In this document: positions 12,801 through 27,800 of the stretch, piece after piece
How the letters are laid out: every line of letters begins with the position of its first letter
How positions within the stretch are numbered: position 1 is the stretch's first letter
Assembly (NCBI GenBank): GCA_965235115.1
Contig: OZ249436.1
Coordinates: 16,370,001 to 16,434,000 of the forward strand
DNA length: 64,000 nt
Source: Laetmonice hystrix
Lineage: Eukaryota
Direction of reading: 5' to 3'
Translations under genes and position numbers: made by a program
The notes under the pieces: model-generated
Database searches by the model: none
Told to the model about the DNA's origin: nothing
Seen by the model: the letters and a program-made list of their open reading frames with translations, nothing else

Positions 12801-15800
12801 AGAAGACATCCGCAATATTTTTCTGTACCACATTAATTTTACAAAAGGTGCTTAATCCATTATGATGCAAAAAATGTTGATGGGTATTTATGTGAGGTCC
12901 TGTATCTCCCCTAACATACACGTTACTGATAAACAATTACAAGTGTGAAATGGAGCCAATTCCTCACCTCGTGGCTGTAGTTGTTGTTTAACTTTTCCAG
13001 CACCAGTGAATGACTCAGTCTTTGGACTCGCTTCAGACACCAGAGAAGCCTGCTTCCGCATAAATTTCACCTGCTCATACTTCAATGACAGGTTTTTCAG
13101 AGGTACCCTAAAACAAATGGCTGAAATCAATATCCGAGGAAAATATCTGGACGCCATCTTATTCTCTAGACCAGTCTACAAGTACTAAAGAAGACTTTTT
13201 ACTTCCGTTTTCCTGACTTTTTTGCATTTCGTTGAAAGACTTTTCATTTCCATTTTACTGACTTTCAAGATACTGGGCCCTGTTGTACCTATATACATTT
13301 GTGTAATGGCAAATAATTTCACATCAGGACGGTACTAGTGGATCAAATAGGATGACTTGAGTCTAATAAACTGGTAACTTACTGGTAAGCTTATCAGAAT
13401 GAGAAAACTCACTTTTTTGTGATGCCATCATCAAATTGCACTTGGTATACCAAGTCTGTGTCCTCATTTTCTATGGCCGTGACAAAAGCCACCTCGCTCC
13501 ATCCCCCAAGCTCTGGCCTCTCGGCCATGACAGGGTAGCCCACATGAAGGTCATCACGCAGCACAAGGTCGCTCTCCCTCACTTGCCTAATATCACCATC
13601 AGCAAACGATATTGTATATTTGCCCTGGCTCTCATAGACCACCACATGGCCAGGGTAGAAAAAGCGGTCTTTCCATAGTGCAAAAACAGGCACACCTGTA
13701 GGAAATGAAGAAATAATGAACTTCAACCACAACTACACAGTCACTCGGTGAACAATGATATATTCAATGATCCTGCAATCATTGCAAATCCAATATCCCG
13801 GCCACTATTGGAACAGGGTTTAATATTCATTCCAAGACAAACTGAATTTCATACTGTCTTTCTGATGCAACAAAGGAGATTAACATAAAACTAACCTCTT
13901 TCAATGACAGCTTGGCTAGTGTTTTCACCGGACAAAGATGAAGATATTCTGGATCCACGCAAACAAAAATCGGGACTGGAGAAAAGTAATAATACATGAA
14001 TTAGCCTGTCATATGGAAAAGACTATTACTTAACACACTTTTTCACAGCAAAATGAGTGTAATAATCAATTTTCAGATTCCATGACTTTTTTTATGACTC
14101 CTAGCCATTTTTCCAAATTCCATGAATTGTTCAGGCCTGGAAATCCAATTTTCCAAGTGACTCAAGTAGGTAGAAAATAGAAAATGACAAATGAGAGGCA
14201 TCCTAACTATGACTTGCCAGTCTATCATATACCTTGACTTTGTTCTGTCTGAATTCATTGGCTGTCTCTGGATTCGGCGTGCTCCTACAACACAGACAAT
14301 GATCATTAGGCATGAAATCAAACTAAATCACAGTCTCCATTTGAAAACTCCAAATTATCCATCACACGTGCAATATGCAGTGTTCATCCCAGGCCTTTTA
14401 ATGCCTGATAGAAAAACCATACATGTCAAATAATACAGCCTAAACAAGAGGATTTTCTAGTATGCATTCAAAATAGAACAGAAACATTTCCACTTTTCTT
14501 CTTTTATGCTGCAATATTTGCAGCGAGGTCAAATTCATGGATGGTATTAAAATCATCCTGGTGTAAGAGACACCTCAAGTTCTTTACCAAGTCAAAAATA
14601 TGTTCTGTGAAACAAAATAATATCTAAGGCTGCTCAGATTCACTCATTGGCGTGGTACCCTACCTCTCACTCTGCCTCTCCCTGACCCGGTCCCTTTGGC
14701 CACTACTGGCTGTGTTTCTTCACTTACTCCTCGCATCTTCAGGGTTCTGCTGGAGACACTTTGACCCCTTGACTCACATATCCCCCTTCGACCGCGCGAC
14801 CTCTGAACTGGTTCAGTTTGAGGAGTTGCTGGGATGAGCGACTGGGCGACGTCAGATTCCATGGACCCTTGTTCAGTACATTTCTGATTAACTATCTCAT
14901 CAGTTTGAGGAGTTGGTTGATCGAGTTCCTCTTGCAGTTTTTTATTTGAAGTGGGTTGCATGTTTTTCTCTTTCAAAATACATTCCTGGGCACTACTCAA
15001 ACTTTTCTTTTTCATTGTATCCTTCTCAGCAGCTTGGGGAGGTAGGCCAGTGGTTTCCCTGTCCTGTACAGCACCAGCAGGCAAGACTTCAGGACTGGTG
15101 GATGTACTGAAGAGAGAAGCTGACTGCTGTAGGCTAGTCGAGCTCGACCTCCGTCCGAGGACAGCCTGCTTCTCAGCTGCCAGGCTCTCGAGGCTGGTGC
15201 TGAACAAAGAGGTCGACGTTTGGAGGTTGCTGGTGCTGGTACTCTTGGAGTTCCTCTTCAAACTTTTGTCTGGGTATTGAAGATCTACTGGTTTTATGAA
15301 GGAGCCCTCAGAGCTAGCCAACCTATTTTTGGGAGTTGTCTCTTTAGACTCTAGAATCTGGGTATTGTTGGTTGTTAAGAGTGAAGCTGACTGTGCAGGA
15401 TCTGAACTTTTCTGTACAGGAGATGGCCCTTCTAACACAGTTTTTGCCGTCTGCTCACCAGTTGACACAGAAAGGCAGCTAGTTTTTGTGCCATGTCCTG
15501 ATGTATTTGGCATGTGGGGATGGCTTGAATTACTTGTGCTAGTTGTCTTGCCAAATTGGCCTGCGATGGCACTTGAGCTGTTCAGACTTACCGGTGTGCT
15601 GCCAATGCTAACCTTACTACCAGTTGAACGTGACATTGAACTGATGTCAGCAAGGTCACCAGAGGTCATGGACTGGCCAGTGCGGGATGGGGATGGCGTT
15701 TCTATCGAGTCTTCTTCATGTTCTACAGTCCGACTCAGCGTCTCTAGTTTCTGCAACAATTGAACACAAAGGATCCCTATATCTCTGACATTATTCCATT

Positions 15801-18800
15801 CCAGAGGGGTTCACTACCATATCACTTAAATTTCTCTCTTATATCATTCTACAGTTTACACCATACAGTTTACACACTCCACCCACCTCATCCCGAACCA
15901 TACAGTTTACACACTCCACCCACCTCATCCCGAACCATACAGTTTACACACACCACCCACCTCATCTCGAACCATACAGTTTACACACTCCACCCACCTC
16001 ATCCTGAACCATACAGTTTACACACTCCACCCACCTCATCCCGAACCATACAGTTTACACACTCCACCCACCTCATCCCGGACCATACAGTTTACACACT
16101 CCACCCACCTCATCTTGAACCATACAGTTTACACACTCCACCCACCTCATCCTGAACCATATTGTTTACACACTCCACCCACCTCATCTCGAATCATACA
16201 GTTTACACACTCCACCCACCTCATCCCGAACCATACAGTTTACACACTCCACCCACCTCATCCCGAACCATACAGTTTACACACTCCACCCACCTCATCC
16301 CGGACCATACAGTTTACACACTCCACCCACCTCATCTTGAACCATACAGTTTACACACTCCACCCACCTCATCCTGAACCATATTGTTTACACACTCCAC
16401 CCACCTCATCTCGAATCATACAGTTTACACACTCCACCCACCTCATCCTGAACCATACAGTTTACACACTCCACCCACCTCATCCCGAACCATACAGTTT
16501 ACACACTCCACCCACCTCATCCTGAACCATACAGTTTACACCATACAGTTTACACACTCCACCCACCTCATCCCGAACCATACAGTTTACACACTCCACC
16601 CACCTCATCTCGAATCATATAGTTTACACACACCACCCACCTCATCCTGAACCATACAGTTTACACACTCCACCCACCTCATCCCGAACCATACAGTTTA
16701 CACCATACAGTTTACACACTCCACCCACCTCATCCCGAACCATATTGTTTACACACTCCACCCACCTCATCTCGAATCATATAGTTTACACACTCCACCC
16801 ACCTCATCCTGAACCATACAGTTTACACACACCACCCACCTCATCTCGAACCATACAGTTTACACACTCCACCCACCTCATCCTGAACCATACAGTTTAC
16901 ACACTCCACCCACCTCATCTCGAATCATACAGTTTACACACTCCACCCACCTCATCCTGAACCATACAGTTTACATCATACAGTTTACACACTCCACCTA
17001 CCTCATCTCGAATCATACAGTTTACACACTCCACCCACCTCATCCTGAACCATACAGTTTACACCATACAGTTTACACATTCCACCCACCTCATCTCGAA
17101 TCATACAGTTTACACACTTCACCCACCTCATCTCGAATCATACAGTTTACACCATACAGTTTACACACTCCACCCACCTCATCCTGAACCATACAGTTTA
17201 CACCATACAGTTTACACACTCCACCCACCTCATCCTGAACCATACAGTTTACACACTCCACCCACCTCATCCTGAACCATACAGTTTACACACTCCACCC
17301 ACCTCATCCTGAACCATACAGTTTACACACTCCACCCACCTCATCCTGAACCATACAGTTTACACACTCCACCCACCTCATCCTGAACCATACAGTTTAC
17401 ACACCCCACCCACCTCATCCCGAACCATACAGTTTACACACTCCACCCACCTCATCCCGAACCATACAGTTTACACCATACAGTTTACACACTCCACCCA
17501 CCTCATCCCGAACCATACAGTTTACACCATACAGTTTACACACTCCACCCACCTCATCCCGAACCATACAGTTTACACACTCCACCCACCTCATCCTGAA
17601 CCATACAGTTTACATCATACAGTTTACACACTCCACCTACCTCATCTCGAATCATACAGTTTACACACTCCACCCACCTCATCCTGAACCATACAGTTTA
17701 CACCATACAGTTTACACACTCCACCCACCTCATCTCGAATCATACAGTTTACACACTTCACCCACCTCATCTCGAATCATACAGTTTACACCATACAGTT
17801 TACACACTCCACCCACCTCATCCTGAACCATACAGTTTACACCATACAGTTTACACACTCCACCCACCTCATCCTGAACCATACAGTTTACACACTCCAC
17901 CCACCTCATCCTGAACCATACAATTTACACACTCCACCCACCTCATCCTGAACCATACAGTTTACACACTCCACCCACCTCATCCTGAACCATATAGTTT
18001 ACACCATACAGTTTACACACTCCACCCACCTCATCCTGAACCATACAACACAGCCTTAATCACAACTGTAATGTTGCCCTTTACCCCATTCAGTACAATA
18101 CTGTTAACACAAACAACCTACCTCCTTCTGCACTGTAACGTTGATCGTTGCTGACCCAATCCTTTCCTGTACTATGGTGAGGGTCTGACTGAACACTGTC
18201 TTTATTCGTATTGTCTGGAATGTCCTTGTCTCAGTCTCTGGTGTGATAGTCATCATCTGTTATATTTACCAAAACATACAAAATGTCCAACATACTAAAG
18301 ATGTATGATGTAAAAGGGGCCAACTGTTTTTCTTAGTGCAACCAACAAACTTATCTCAGGTTATTTGTTTAGATGACACGGTTATAATTATTTGTTCAGA
18401 TAACATGATTATAATGTTATATGCTGAAGGGGGTTATTATTGTCTTATGAGTAAAGATGTTTGCACTGCACTTTGTCTATATCCTTTACTGTAGTTTGAT
18501 TTTTCTTCACCCTTTCTTCTTTTTACCAAACGTGGCCAACTTTTTAGTCAACTGCATTTCCAGCATCCATCAAAATTTGTGTCATAACTGATCATGCATG
18601 TTATCATAAAACTGGTAAGTGGAGCTCAGGCATGACCCTCAGTAGGAATGGGCAACATGTGCTGATGAGTCTATGAGTAATGTGACTCAAAAACGGTTCT
18701 CAATGAGTAAAGTTGTCTATATATCAAGGATTAAACCAGACCTCCCCGACATAGAAGAAAACTTACACTTGGCGATGCCACAGGGACTTTAGTCGCTTGC

Positions 18801-21800
18801 TCCTTCACTACCTCAGTTCTTTCAGGCTGAAAGTTATCGGTAACAGTGGTCTTTCTGCCAGCTGATTTTTTCTGGGATGGCTCAGCGACCCGCTTCCTAG
18901 GGGTAGGTCTGCGGCGAGTGGCAGGACTCTGACGTCTTGATGGTAGGGAGTGTAGATCTTCTGGTACCAAGGCTGCCAGTGCGGTCACGACTGGTGCTGA
19001 CTCAACTCCTACAGGTCGGTCCAACTGTCCCTGTCAATCAGTCCAAGGGACAGGTGTAACAGGTGGTTGCAAGCCCCAGGCACCAAAGGCCAAATACTCT
19101 TTAGAACAGCCTCCACAAATTTCACTGACTTTTGAAACCGTTAGAGAAAGTACAAGGAATAAAGAGATAAAGTTTGTAAAGTTAAAGAAGATTTAAAAGT
19201 AACTTACACTAACCTCTTTTTTATGTTTTTCTTGCCATGTTCTCTGTGGTAATTCCAGCACCTCCCTCAGAGCCTCTTGATCATGTTGTGACTGCGACAT
19301 GCGGTACTCAAAAGGGTCCTGCCTTCTTTCTGGAGTTTGCTGCTGAGGGATTGTCTCAATTTGACCCCGACACGTTTTCGGCAATTCTGTCTTCTTTAAT
19401 GCGGGATTATGTGAAATTTGGTCCATTGCCAATATGTCTGCACCCCCTTCTACATCATTTTTAACAGGGTCAGTATTTACCCTATCAGATTTGACACTTC
19501 CCCGAGTTCTCTGAGAGCTTCCCCCTCGTTTGGGGGTCTTGCGACTCTTACTCCTTACTCTGACTGTCTTTCTTGAGACATCAGCTACTTCATCCCGACC
19601 TGAAAATCTTTGACAGATGTCTGGCCTGTTAGGTTGATCTGGCAGACAGATGTCTGGCCTGTAAGGTTGATCTGGCAGGTCTTGACCAACTCCATCAGGT
19701 TGACTGGACAAACCCTCAAAGTTCTTCACCCCATTAGGTTGACCTGGTGTACCAGCCAGGTCCATATCCTTATTCTGTGTGACCTCAGCTCCGCCCTGAT
19801 CATCTACTTGGCGGAGGTGTGTGTAGCCGTCTTCCTGGGTCGCCTCTTCACCATCTAAGGTCATTTGAGGTCGGAGTTTAATAATAGGCTCCTCACTTGG
19901 AGGCAACCTTTTCTTCCTCTCAGCCCCAGCCTGGCAAATATCACTTCCCCTAGATTCTGGGTCAGATGTCAAAGTTCCTCTATCACCATGCACACCAGGA
20001 GATCCTACAGAATCTGGGTCAGATGTCACAGTTTTCCTATTACCATCTCGATCAACAGTTACCCCAGAATCTGGGTCAGATGTCACAGTTTTCCTATTAC
20101 CATCTTGATCAACAGTTACCCCAGAATCTGGGTCAGATGTCACAGTTTTCCTATTACCATCTCGATCAACAGTTACCCCAGAATCTGGGTCAAATGACAT
20201 GGTTTTCCTATTACCCTCTCGATCAACAGTTCCCCCAGAATCTGGGTCAGATGTCACGATTTTCCTACCTAATTTCTTACTCTGTTTCTTCCTTGACTTT
20301 GGTCCAAAGTCTTGTAGCCCAGGTTGTCTCCTTTTTGCAGTAACACTCTTCACAGAGTCAAACAGTTCTTCGGCACTGCAATAAATAGGTTGCAGTGGCG
20401 AACTTAGGCTAATTGCAACATCAAAACACTAGAGACACTATTTTCAGTCAACTTTGTCATCTCATTTGACTTACCTTTCCTTAGGTTCCAGTTCCTTCAC
20501 CTTGTTCCGTTTTTCTCTTACTTCCCGCACTCTTCTGAATACAGACGACCCTATGGACTGACTCTCATCAGAACCCTGCTCTTGAAGGGGTGGCTCTGAA
20601 TGAGTCAGTATACAATGATACACAAACAAATACGGTGGATTGGGTTATTTTCACAAGGATTTATTTTCACACATTTTTACTTCAATTCACGCATTGTTTT
20701 CTTAAAATATTATTTAGTTAAAATCCCCCTACAATCTCTCTGCAATCAGAGGAACCCTCTACTCCGTTCATGGTAACTGCCTCCTGCTCAACTCATTTTG
20801 TGCAATTTTCATAAAAAGAATCCCAGAACAAATAAACCCTATTCCCCTGTACCCACCGTACCAGGATACATCAGTAGGACTAGGTCTTTCCATTATTTAA
20901 GACGGTCCTATTAGAAAAAATTTGTAAAATTACTTACGATCATGTCTAAACAAAGAGAGTGAAGGCTCGGTCAGTTCTTCCTGAGACTCGATCATGTCCA
21001 ATGTCAGAGCAGGTACTCGCACAGGTGTTTCAGGTAGCCTACAAAAATCATACAAAGCCTGACAAGGGGAAAGGGGATTTTAAGGTTAGGATAGTTCAGG
21101 AAGAAAAAGATGCATTCATCATTGTTGTATGTGTCAAATACTACTACTACTGTCTAAGATCTTCAATCTTCTAACATGACTCCTAGAATGTCAAATTACC
21201 ATGATATTTGCCTTCTATTTGATACTGGCAGAAACTTTGAGGTCTGCGACTGGTGTCTTATAGTAAGGGCCTGACCTGTTCTTGGTGTCTGTGAACTCAT
21301 GGAGATGCCTTCGGTTCTCGCTGTGTGTCCGGAGAGCAGCTCTCTTCTCAGCCTCTTCCTCCTCCTGTAAGTATGATGCCACAGCTGCCGACGGGTCCTC
21401 CATGTCAACTGGCCGCAAAATGAGAGCGTCTCCGGGGATGCTTAGACTAAATGCTGGCATTTCTAAACACAAGAGGGAGCCAGAGGTAAACCTAAAAACA
21501 CTAACCTTTTACCAGAACCTGACTGCTCCAAAAAATAGTCTTTAACAACAATGCAATTCCATTCACAATCACGTCACATTGCACACCAAAACAAATTGCG
21601 CAGGTGCCCGGTGCAGGCCTGATTTTAAGACGGGAACGATCGTTTCGTTCGCGTGTCATTCACCTAAAATGGAAAGGCCGAGAACGAAAATCCGTTCACC
21701 TGCAAATTTTGCAAGCCTGAGACTAACAGGTGAACGGTCGTTTCGTTCGCCTGTTGGTTACCTAAAATACAAAACAGGGGAACGAAAAATGGGTTACGCA

Positions 21801-24800
21801 AATTTCCCTTAATTTCAGGCCTGCCGGTGTTTGGGGGGTGAGTAAGTGAGTAATGGTGGTTTTACGCCATGTCGGGCATCTAAGACCTTTGGGGCGGGGG
21901 GCTATGTTAAAAACTAGTTAACATGCCTGGTGTTGTTTGGAAAGAATTTAGCTTGGCACAACTACTGCATGCCCCAAAAGACAGCATCTTGTGTTGTGAC
22001 TTACCTATCTGTGATGGAGCAGCTAGCTGGGACCGTGATGGTCTGACTGACTTCGACAACTGAGATCCACCAGGCGTCCTTTTCCCTGATGTCCCAGCAG
22101 ACAATAATGCCTTCTCATCCAACGGTTCAGAAATCTCATCGGGGAAAATGTTTCCTCCTACATCTGTGACAATGTAAAAAAAAGAAAGGTTTGATGCAAG
22201 CATCATAACTGTCAAACAAAGAGAGGATTCTGTAATCCAAACAGATGCAGTCACAATATTAATTGGTGGTTTCAAGTCCTGACAGCAACTCTTCATCTTC
22301 GAATTGCAGTACTTCTTTTCATTCATTCTGGCCATGCATGAAGCAGGAAGAAACTGGCACACAGGAATGATACCCTAATGCTTTCAATATTTTGGATTCC
22401 TTAGAAGGTAACATCAGAATCCTAGAATCAAACATCTAACTTTTCCCATAAAGGGTACATTTTTCTCCAAAATCCTAATGCAATAAGAATAATTTCTGAC
22501 CACATGCTTCTATGCTATCTCATATCGTTTAGCCTCCTTGCAGTAGGACATCGCCTCCTTGCAGTAGGACATCCCAACTACTACTTAATTCTTACCTTGT
22601 GTGGAGTCCAGTTTTTTCAAGATTGACGACACCCCACATGAGAACTGGGACTGGGTGGACTGAGTTGGAGACAAGTGAAGGGCTAGGCCCTGCGTTGTGT
22701 CAAGGAAGTTATCTGAAAACACCCGGCAAACCCTGGTCTGGTAAACCACTCAACATAGGACAATATCATAACATCTACCATACTGTGTACAGCCCATTTT
22801 AACCTCAAACTCATCTTTGAAAATCTACGGGGGGGGGGGGGGGGGGGGGGAAGGGGAAGTTTACACACAGGTCAGAAATTTTGCCTAGAACTGCACTATA
22901 GACCAGCGCCTGTAACTGGCTGTATTGGTACTGGGTTACCATGGGGACAATAACTGAACTGATAACGTGATTTTGATGACTGATCATAGATTGATGGCGT
23001 GGTATATCATGGTGGCTCAAAGGTATCATCTCGTACTTAAAGTATATATAACAGAAAAATCTTGCCGTCTTCCTAGAAAAATCTTGCCATCGTGGGTGGA
23101 AATCTCATCATAGTGGGGGAAAATCTCGCTATTGTGGGAGGAAATCTTGACATCTCTCAGAAAAATCGCACCCCAGAAAAATCTCACTCAAGATTTTTCC
23201 CGATCCTCTCACTTGGGGTCACTGCCATTGCACACATGTTCTGGCTGACTATCGCCCTGCACACAAAGTTCACGCCGCCATCTTGAATTAATTATTTCCC
23301 ATTACAGACCTCTATGGTCCGTTCAATAATGATAAGGTTGGCATTAGGCCTATATCAGGGGAACGATATAGCCATATCTTGACTTGATAAGAAAGAACTA
23401 AACCTAGGCCTTACAGTTAGTCCAGTCTAACACCAGCTCTTTGAAAAAACTAAATAAATTCAGGGAACCCTGAGCGAGAGGACCGAAAGAGGAGAGAGGT
23501 TTAGTGCTACAATCTTGGGGCAAGGTTTAGTGCTACAATCTTAGGGTGAGACTTAGTGCGCAGTTCAAAGTCAAGATTTTGCCCCTGTGACGGCAAGATT
23601 TTTGTCCAAGGGGGGGGGCTAGATTTTTCTCCACAATACTGCGATTTTTCTTTGAAATGGTGTGATTTTCTTTTGCAATTGCAAGATCTTCCCAAGCCAT
23701 TGCACGATTTTTCCTTCTGACTTTGATTACCAGATGACACTTTTGGGCCACCATATTATACAACCAGGAAGCTGGGTACAGGTGCTTTTAGTGGGATCTG
23801 AAATCAAGTGGCACAGCAGTATAAAAGGAGATAGCTGAGTGGTGCTGGTGTGTAATACAAGTTTCTTGTAGATACTAGACCAGTGCCAATCCTCACAGTA
23901 AGTGTGGAGTGGTCACAGCATGGCTTGGCACATGGGTTTAAATTTATACACCATATAGCAACTTAAAAATGGGGATTAATATGAACCAAAATATGATAAT
24001 ACATCACATTAACCTTCATCGTCCTCCACAGTATCTTCTCCAGGCAGCAGACCCTGGACTGGTTCCTTCATCATCACCAGTTCTCCAACCACTCGCCCAC
24101 CATACACGTCACACTCCTCCTTTATAGCCTCGGCCTTCTCCTCATCAGGACCGACAACTGCGGCAGACGTTCGGACCGAGCCTTGTTGTGGCTCCCCATA
24201 TTCTTCAAACTCGGACTGCAGTATACCAGGAGGCATCTCATCATAATGACAGGTAGTCTCATAACCTATTCCTTCACTGCGCTGACTGTTATGTTTATAA
24301 TACATGTAATATTAAACCCAAAATCAACCCAAAAGCACAGCCACTATCTTGACAAGTAATCTATAAATATAGATTCGACTCAAACTTTTAATTCGACTAT
24401 AAATTCATTAAAAAGTGTATTTTTATAAAAACTTTAAACTTTGACCATTGAAAGGGACCCCTAAATGAAAACACAATTCACATGGCAAATACTTTGGGAA
24501 GATTTCCCAGTGAGTATTTTGCTATTTAGATTTGTAGTAGCCATTATTACCTGTTCTGTAGCACTCAGCTGTAGACCCCATCCTTGAGACTCTGTTTTCA
24601 GACTAGTGACCTTTTGACCTTTCAGTGATCTGGCATCTTCCTCCAGTGACTGACTTGTCTCTGGCAAGCTGAGAGATGGCACTGGCTGCCACTGCTGGTA
24701 CGCCAACACAATAAAATATAATAATAATATATAAATAATATACAAACATCACCCTCACCCATCTGCATCCTAGTGATGGCAAAATATCTGTACATGTAAA

Positions 24801-27800
24801 TGTAAACTCACACTTATAGGGCGACCTCTGCTGGGAATGTCTAAAACTGGGGGATTCTCAAGGGGAGGAGGCATCTTTTGCCTATCTTCCTCCTGCTCAT
24901 CATCTAACATCTTCTTCCTTGCTTTTATCTTGCGCACTCCACTGACCTCCGATCGGAAACGTTCACTGCCATACTCATCTGTGGACACCGGCATAGAAAA
25001 ACAAGCCTGGATTTATCAAATATATAAACATTCACTGCGGTACTCGTCCGAGGGTTCCAGTATGGAGAAACAAGCCTGGATATATAAATTATAAACTGGA
25101 GAAACAAGCTTGGATTTATACATGTTCACTGCAATATTCGTCTGAATGTTATACGTTGGAGGATGAAAGTGGATAACACTACCTTCTGATACGCCAGCTG
25201 TAGGCGAACTTGCTATCAGGTAGGGAACAGAGCCCAGAGTCTCCTGGGATGCTGGAACATAACCCAACGACTGTCTGAAAAATAAATTTACATATAAATC
25301 ATACCTGCAAACAGAAACATTCTCTGCTTCAACATAAACAGTGTGGATACGACTGCAACATCCTCTTATTTTCTTTTTAATACAATTATAAAAATGTAAA
25401 TGCCTTTAGATGTATAGCTATGGATGGGTGATCCCTTCCTGGATCACAATAAAGAATTCAGGCACATACATGTGTTCAGCTGTGACTGGGGAAGTGATAC
25501 GTCCTGAGAATTGAAGTGATCCGATGTAGTCTGATGGGGTTGATACAAGTACATCCTCTTTCGCCGGCTGTTGTTCTAAACATGTCAACAAATATTCTAA
25601 GCATTAAAACCTTGGCTGAATTTAAGGTGGCGCTTTCATGTAATGGACTAAATGGGTTTTTAAGGATTTTGCATTTTTGAAAAGGAAGAACAAAAAAGGC
25701 TATTTAGCACTAAGGCAAGAAATGAGAAGAGCATAGTTTTATAACGCCCCTTCTACAGGCATATTTAATTCTAAAAGAGGTATCAAAGCAAAAGTTGATG
25801 TCACACTTTTGCCATGGATTTTGCAGTGACGTTTAACAACTGTCACACCCTGTACTGGTGGTGACAACCTGACTATCAGAAACAACTTTGGAATCTGCTT
25901 GGAACTGAGCAAGATATCTCATTTTCTGTTTAAATACATAAATCATGTTTATGGTGAGGAAAATACGCGGCCATCAAGAATTTTGGTTCAGGCAAGGCAA
26001 AGAGCTCTTTACTTAGGTCCTGGAGATCCCCAAACATATCCTGTTGTGAAGAATTTTGCTCCTTGTCAGGGCAGTCACCAGGACCATCATCAGGGTCATC
26101 ATCAGGGTTGTCACCAGGGTCCGGTTGGTGACCTCCTGTTGTGTCGTGTGACGTTTCTCTTGACTGGCTGCCTCCATGAGATTGGTCGCCCGATGTGCTG
26201 GTGTCATGAGATGTATTGTGAGACTTTTCTCTTGATGTGTCGCTTGAACTTGTTTTGGTTTCTGTTGAACTTGAGGTGTTGAGTTTCCTTCTTTTGGGGT
26301 CAGGTTGAGGTTTTCTTCTCGTAGGACGTTTCTTAAAGGTTCTAAGTTAAAGGCATGCTTTCATCAGGTAACAGCATCATTGATTAGAATTGCTTCCTCT
26401 CAGAATACAAGCTCTTACATCAGACAGATGTCCTATGGACTTATCCTTGATATCTTACTGTTCGGTGATCTGTCCTGTCAACATAAAAGTTTTCAATCAA
26501 TATTTCATATTCGACTTTCAGTACAATGTTTGTGGAACTACTTGTCTGTGGACTGAGGGAGACTCACCTTGGTGTGCCCTGGGACTGACTGCTGGAGGAA
26601 CTACTTGTCTGTGGACTGAGGGTGACTCAGCTTGGTGTGCCCTGGGACTGACTGCTGGGGGAACTATTTGTCTGTGGACTGAGGGAGACTCACCTTGGTG
26701 TGCCCTGGGACTGACTGCTGGAGGAACTACTTGTCTGTGGACTGAGGGTGACTCAGCTTGGTGTGCCCTGGGACTGACTGCTGGGGGAACTATTTGTCTG
26801 TGGACTGAGGGAGCCTCACCTTGGTGTGCCCTGGGACTGACTGCTGGGGGAACTATTTGTCTGTGGACTGAGGGAGACTCACCTTGGTGTGCCCTGGGAC
26901 TGACTGCTGGGGGAACTATTTGTCTGTGGACTGAGGGAGACTCACCTTGGTGTGCCCTGGGACTGACTGCTGGGGGAACTATTTGTCTGTGGACTGAGGG
27001 AGACTCACCTTGGTGTGCCCTGGGACTGACTGCTGGGGGAACTATTTGTCTGTGGACTGAGGGAGACTCACCTTGGTGTGCCCTGGGACTGACTGCTGGA
27101 GGAACTACTTGTCTGTGGACTGAGGGAGACTCACCTTGGTGTGCCCTGGGACTGACTGCTGGGGGAACTATTTGTCTGTGGACTGAGGGAGACTCACCTT
27201 GGTGTGGCCTGGGACTGACTGCTGGGGGATCTACTTGTCTGTGGACTGAGGGAGACTCACCTTGGTGTGCCCTGGGACTGACTGCTGGGGGAACTATTTG
27301 TCTGTGGACTGAGGGAGACTCACCTTGGTGTGCCCTGGGACTGACTGCTGGAGGAACTACTTGTCTGTGGACTGAGGGAGACTCACCTTGGTGTGCCCTG
27401 GGACTGACTGCTGGGGGAACTATTTGTCTGTGGACTGAGGGAGACTCACCTTGGTGTGCCCTGGGACTGACTGCTGGGGGATCTACTTGTCTGTGGACTG
27501 AGGGAGACTCACCTTGGTGTGCCCTGGGACTGACTGCTGGGGGAACTATTTGTCTGTGGACTGAGGGAGACTCACCTTGGTGTGCCCTGGGACTGACTGC
27601 TGGAGGAACTATTTGTCTGTGGACTGAGGGAGACTCACCTTGGTGTGCCCTGGGACTGACTGCTGGAGCAACTATTTGTCTGTGGACTGAGGGAGACTCA
27701 CCTTGGTGTGCCCTGGGACTGACTGCTGGAGGAACTATTTGTCTGTGGACTGAGGGAGACTCACCTTGGTGTGCCCTGGGACTGACTGCTGGGGGAACTA

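Noticed and set aside
15760..16960. His/Pro/Thr-rich ORFs
   Set aside because: Translations of the 37-bp intronic minisatellite, antisense to TP53BP1.
25830..25926. Possible additional TP53BP1 exon (KMRYLAQFQADSKVVSDSQ)
   Set aside because: No phase-compatible donor/acceptor pair was found, and the model is in frame without it.
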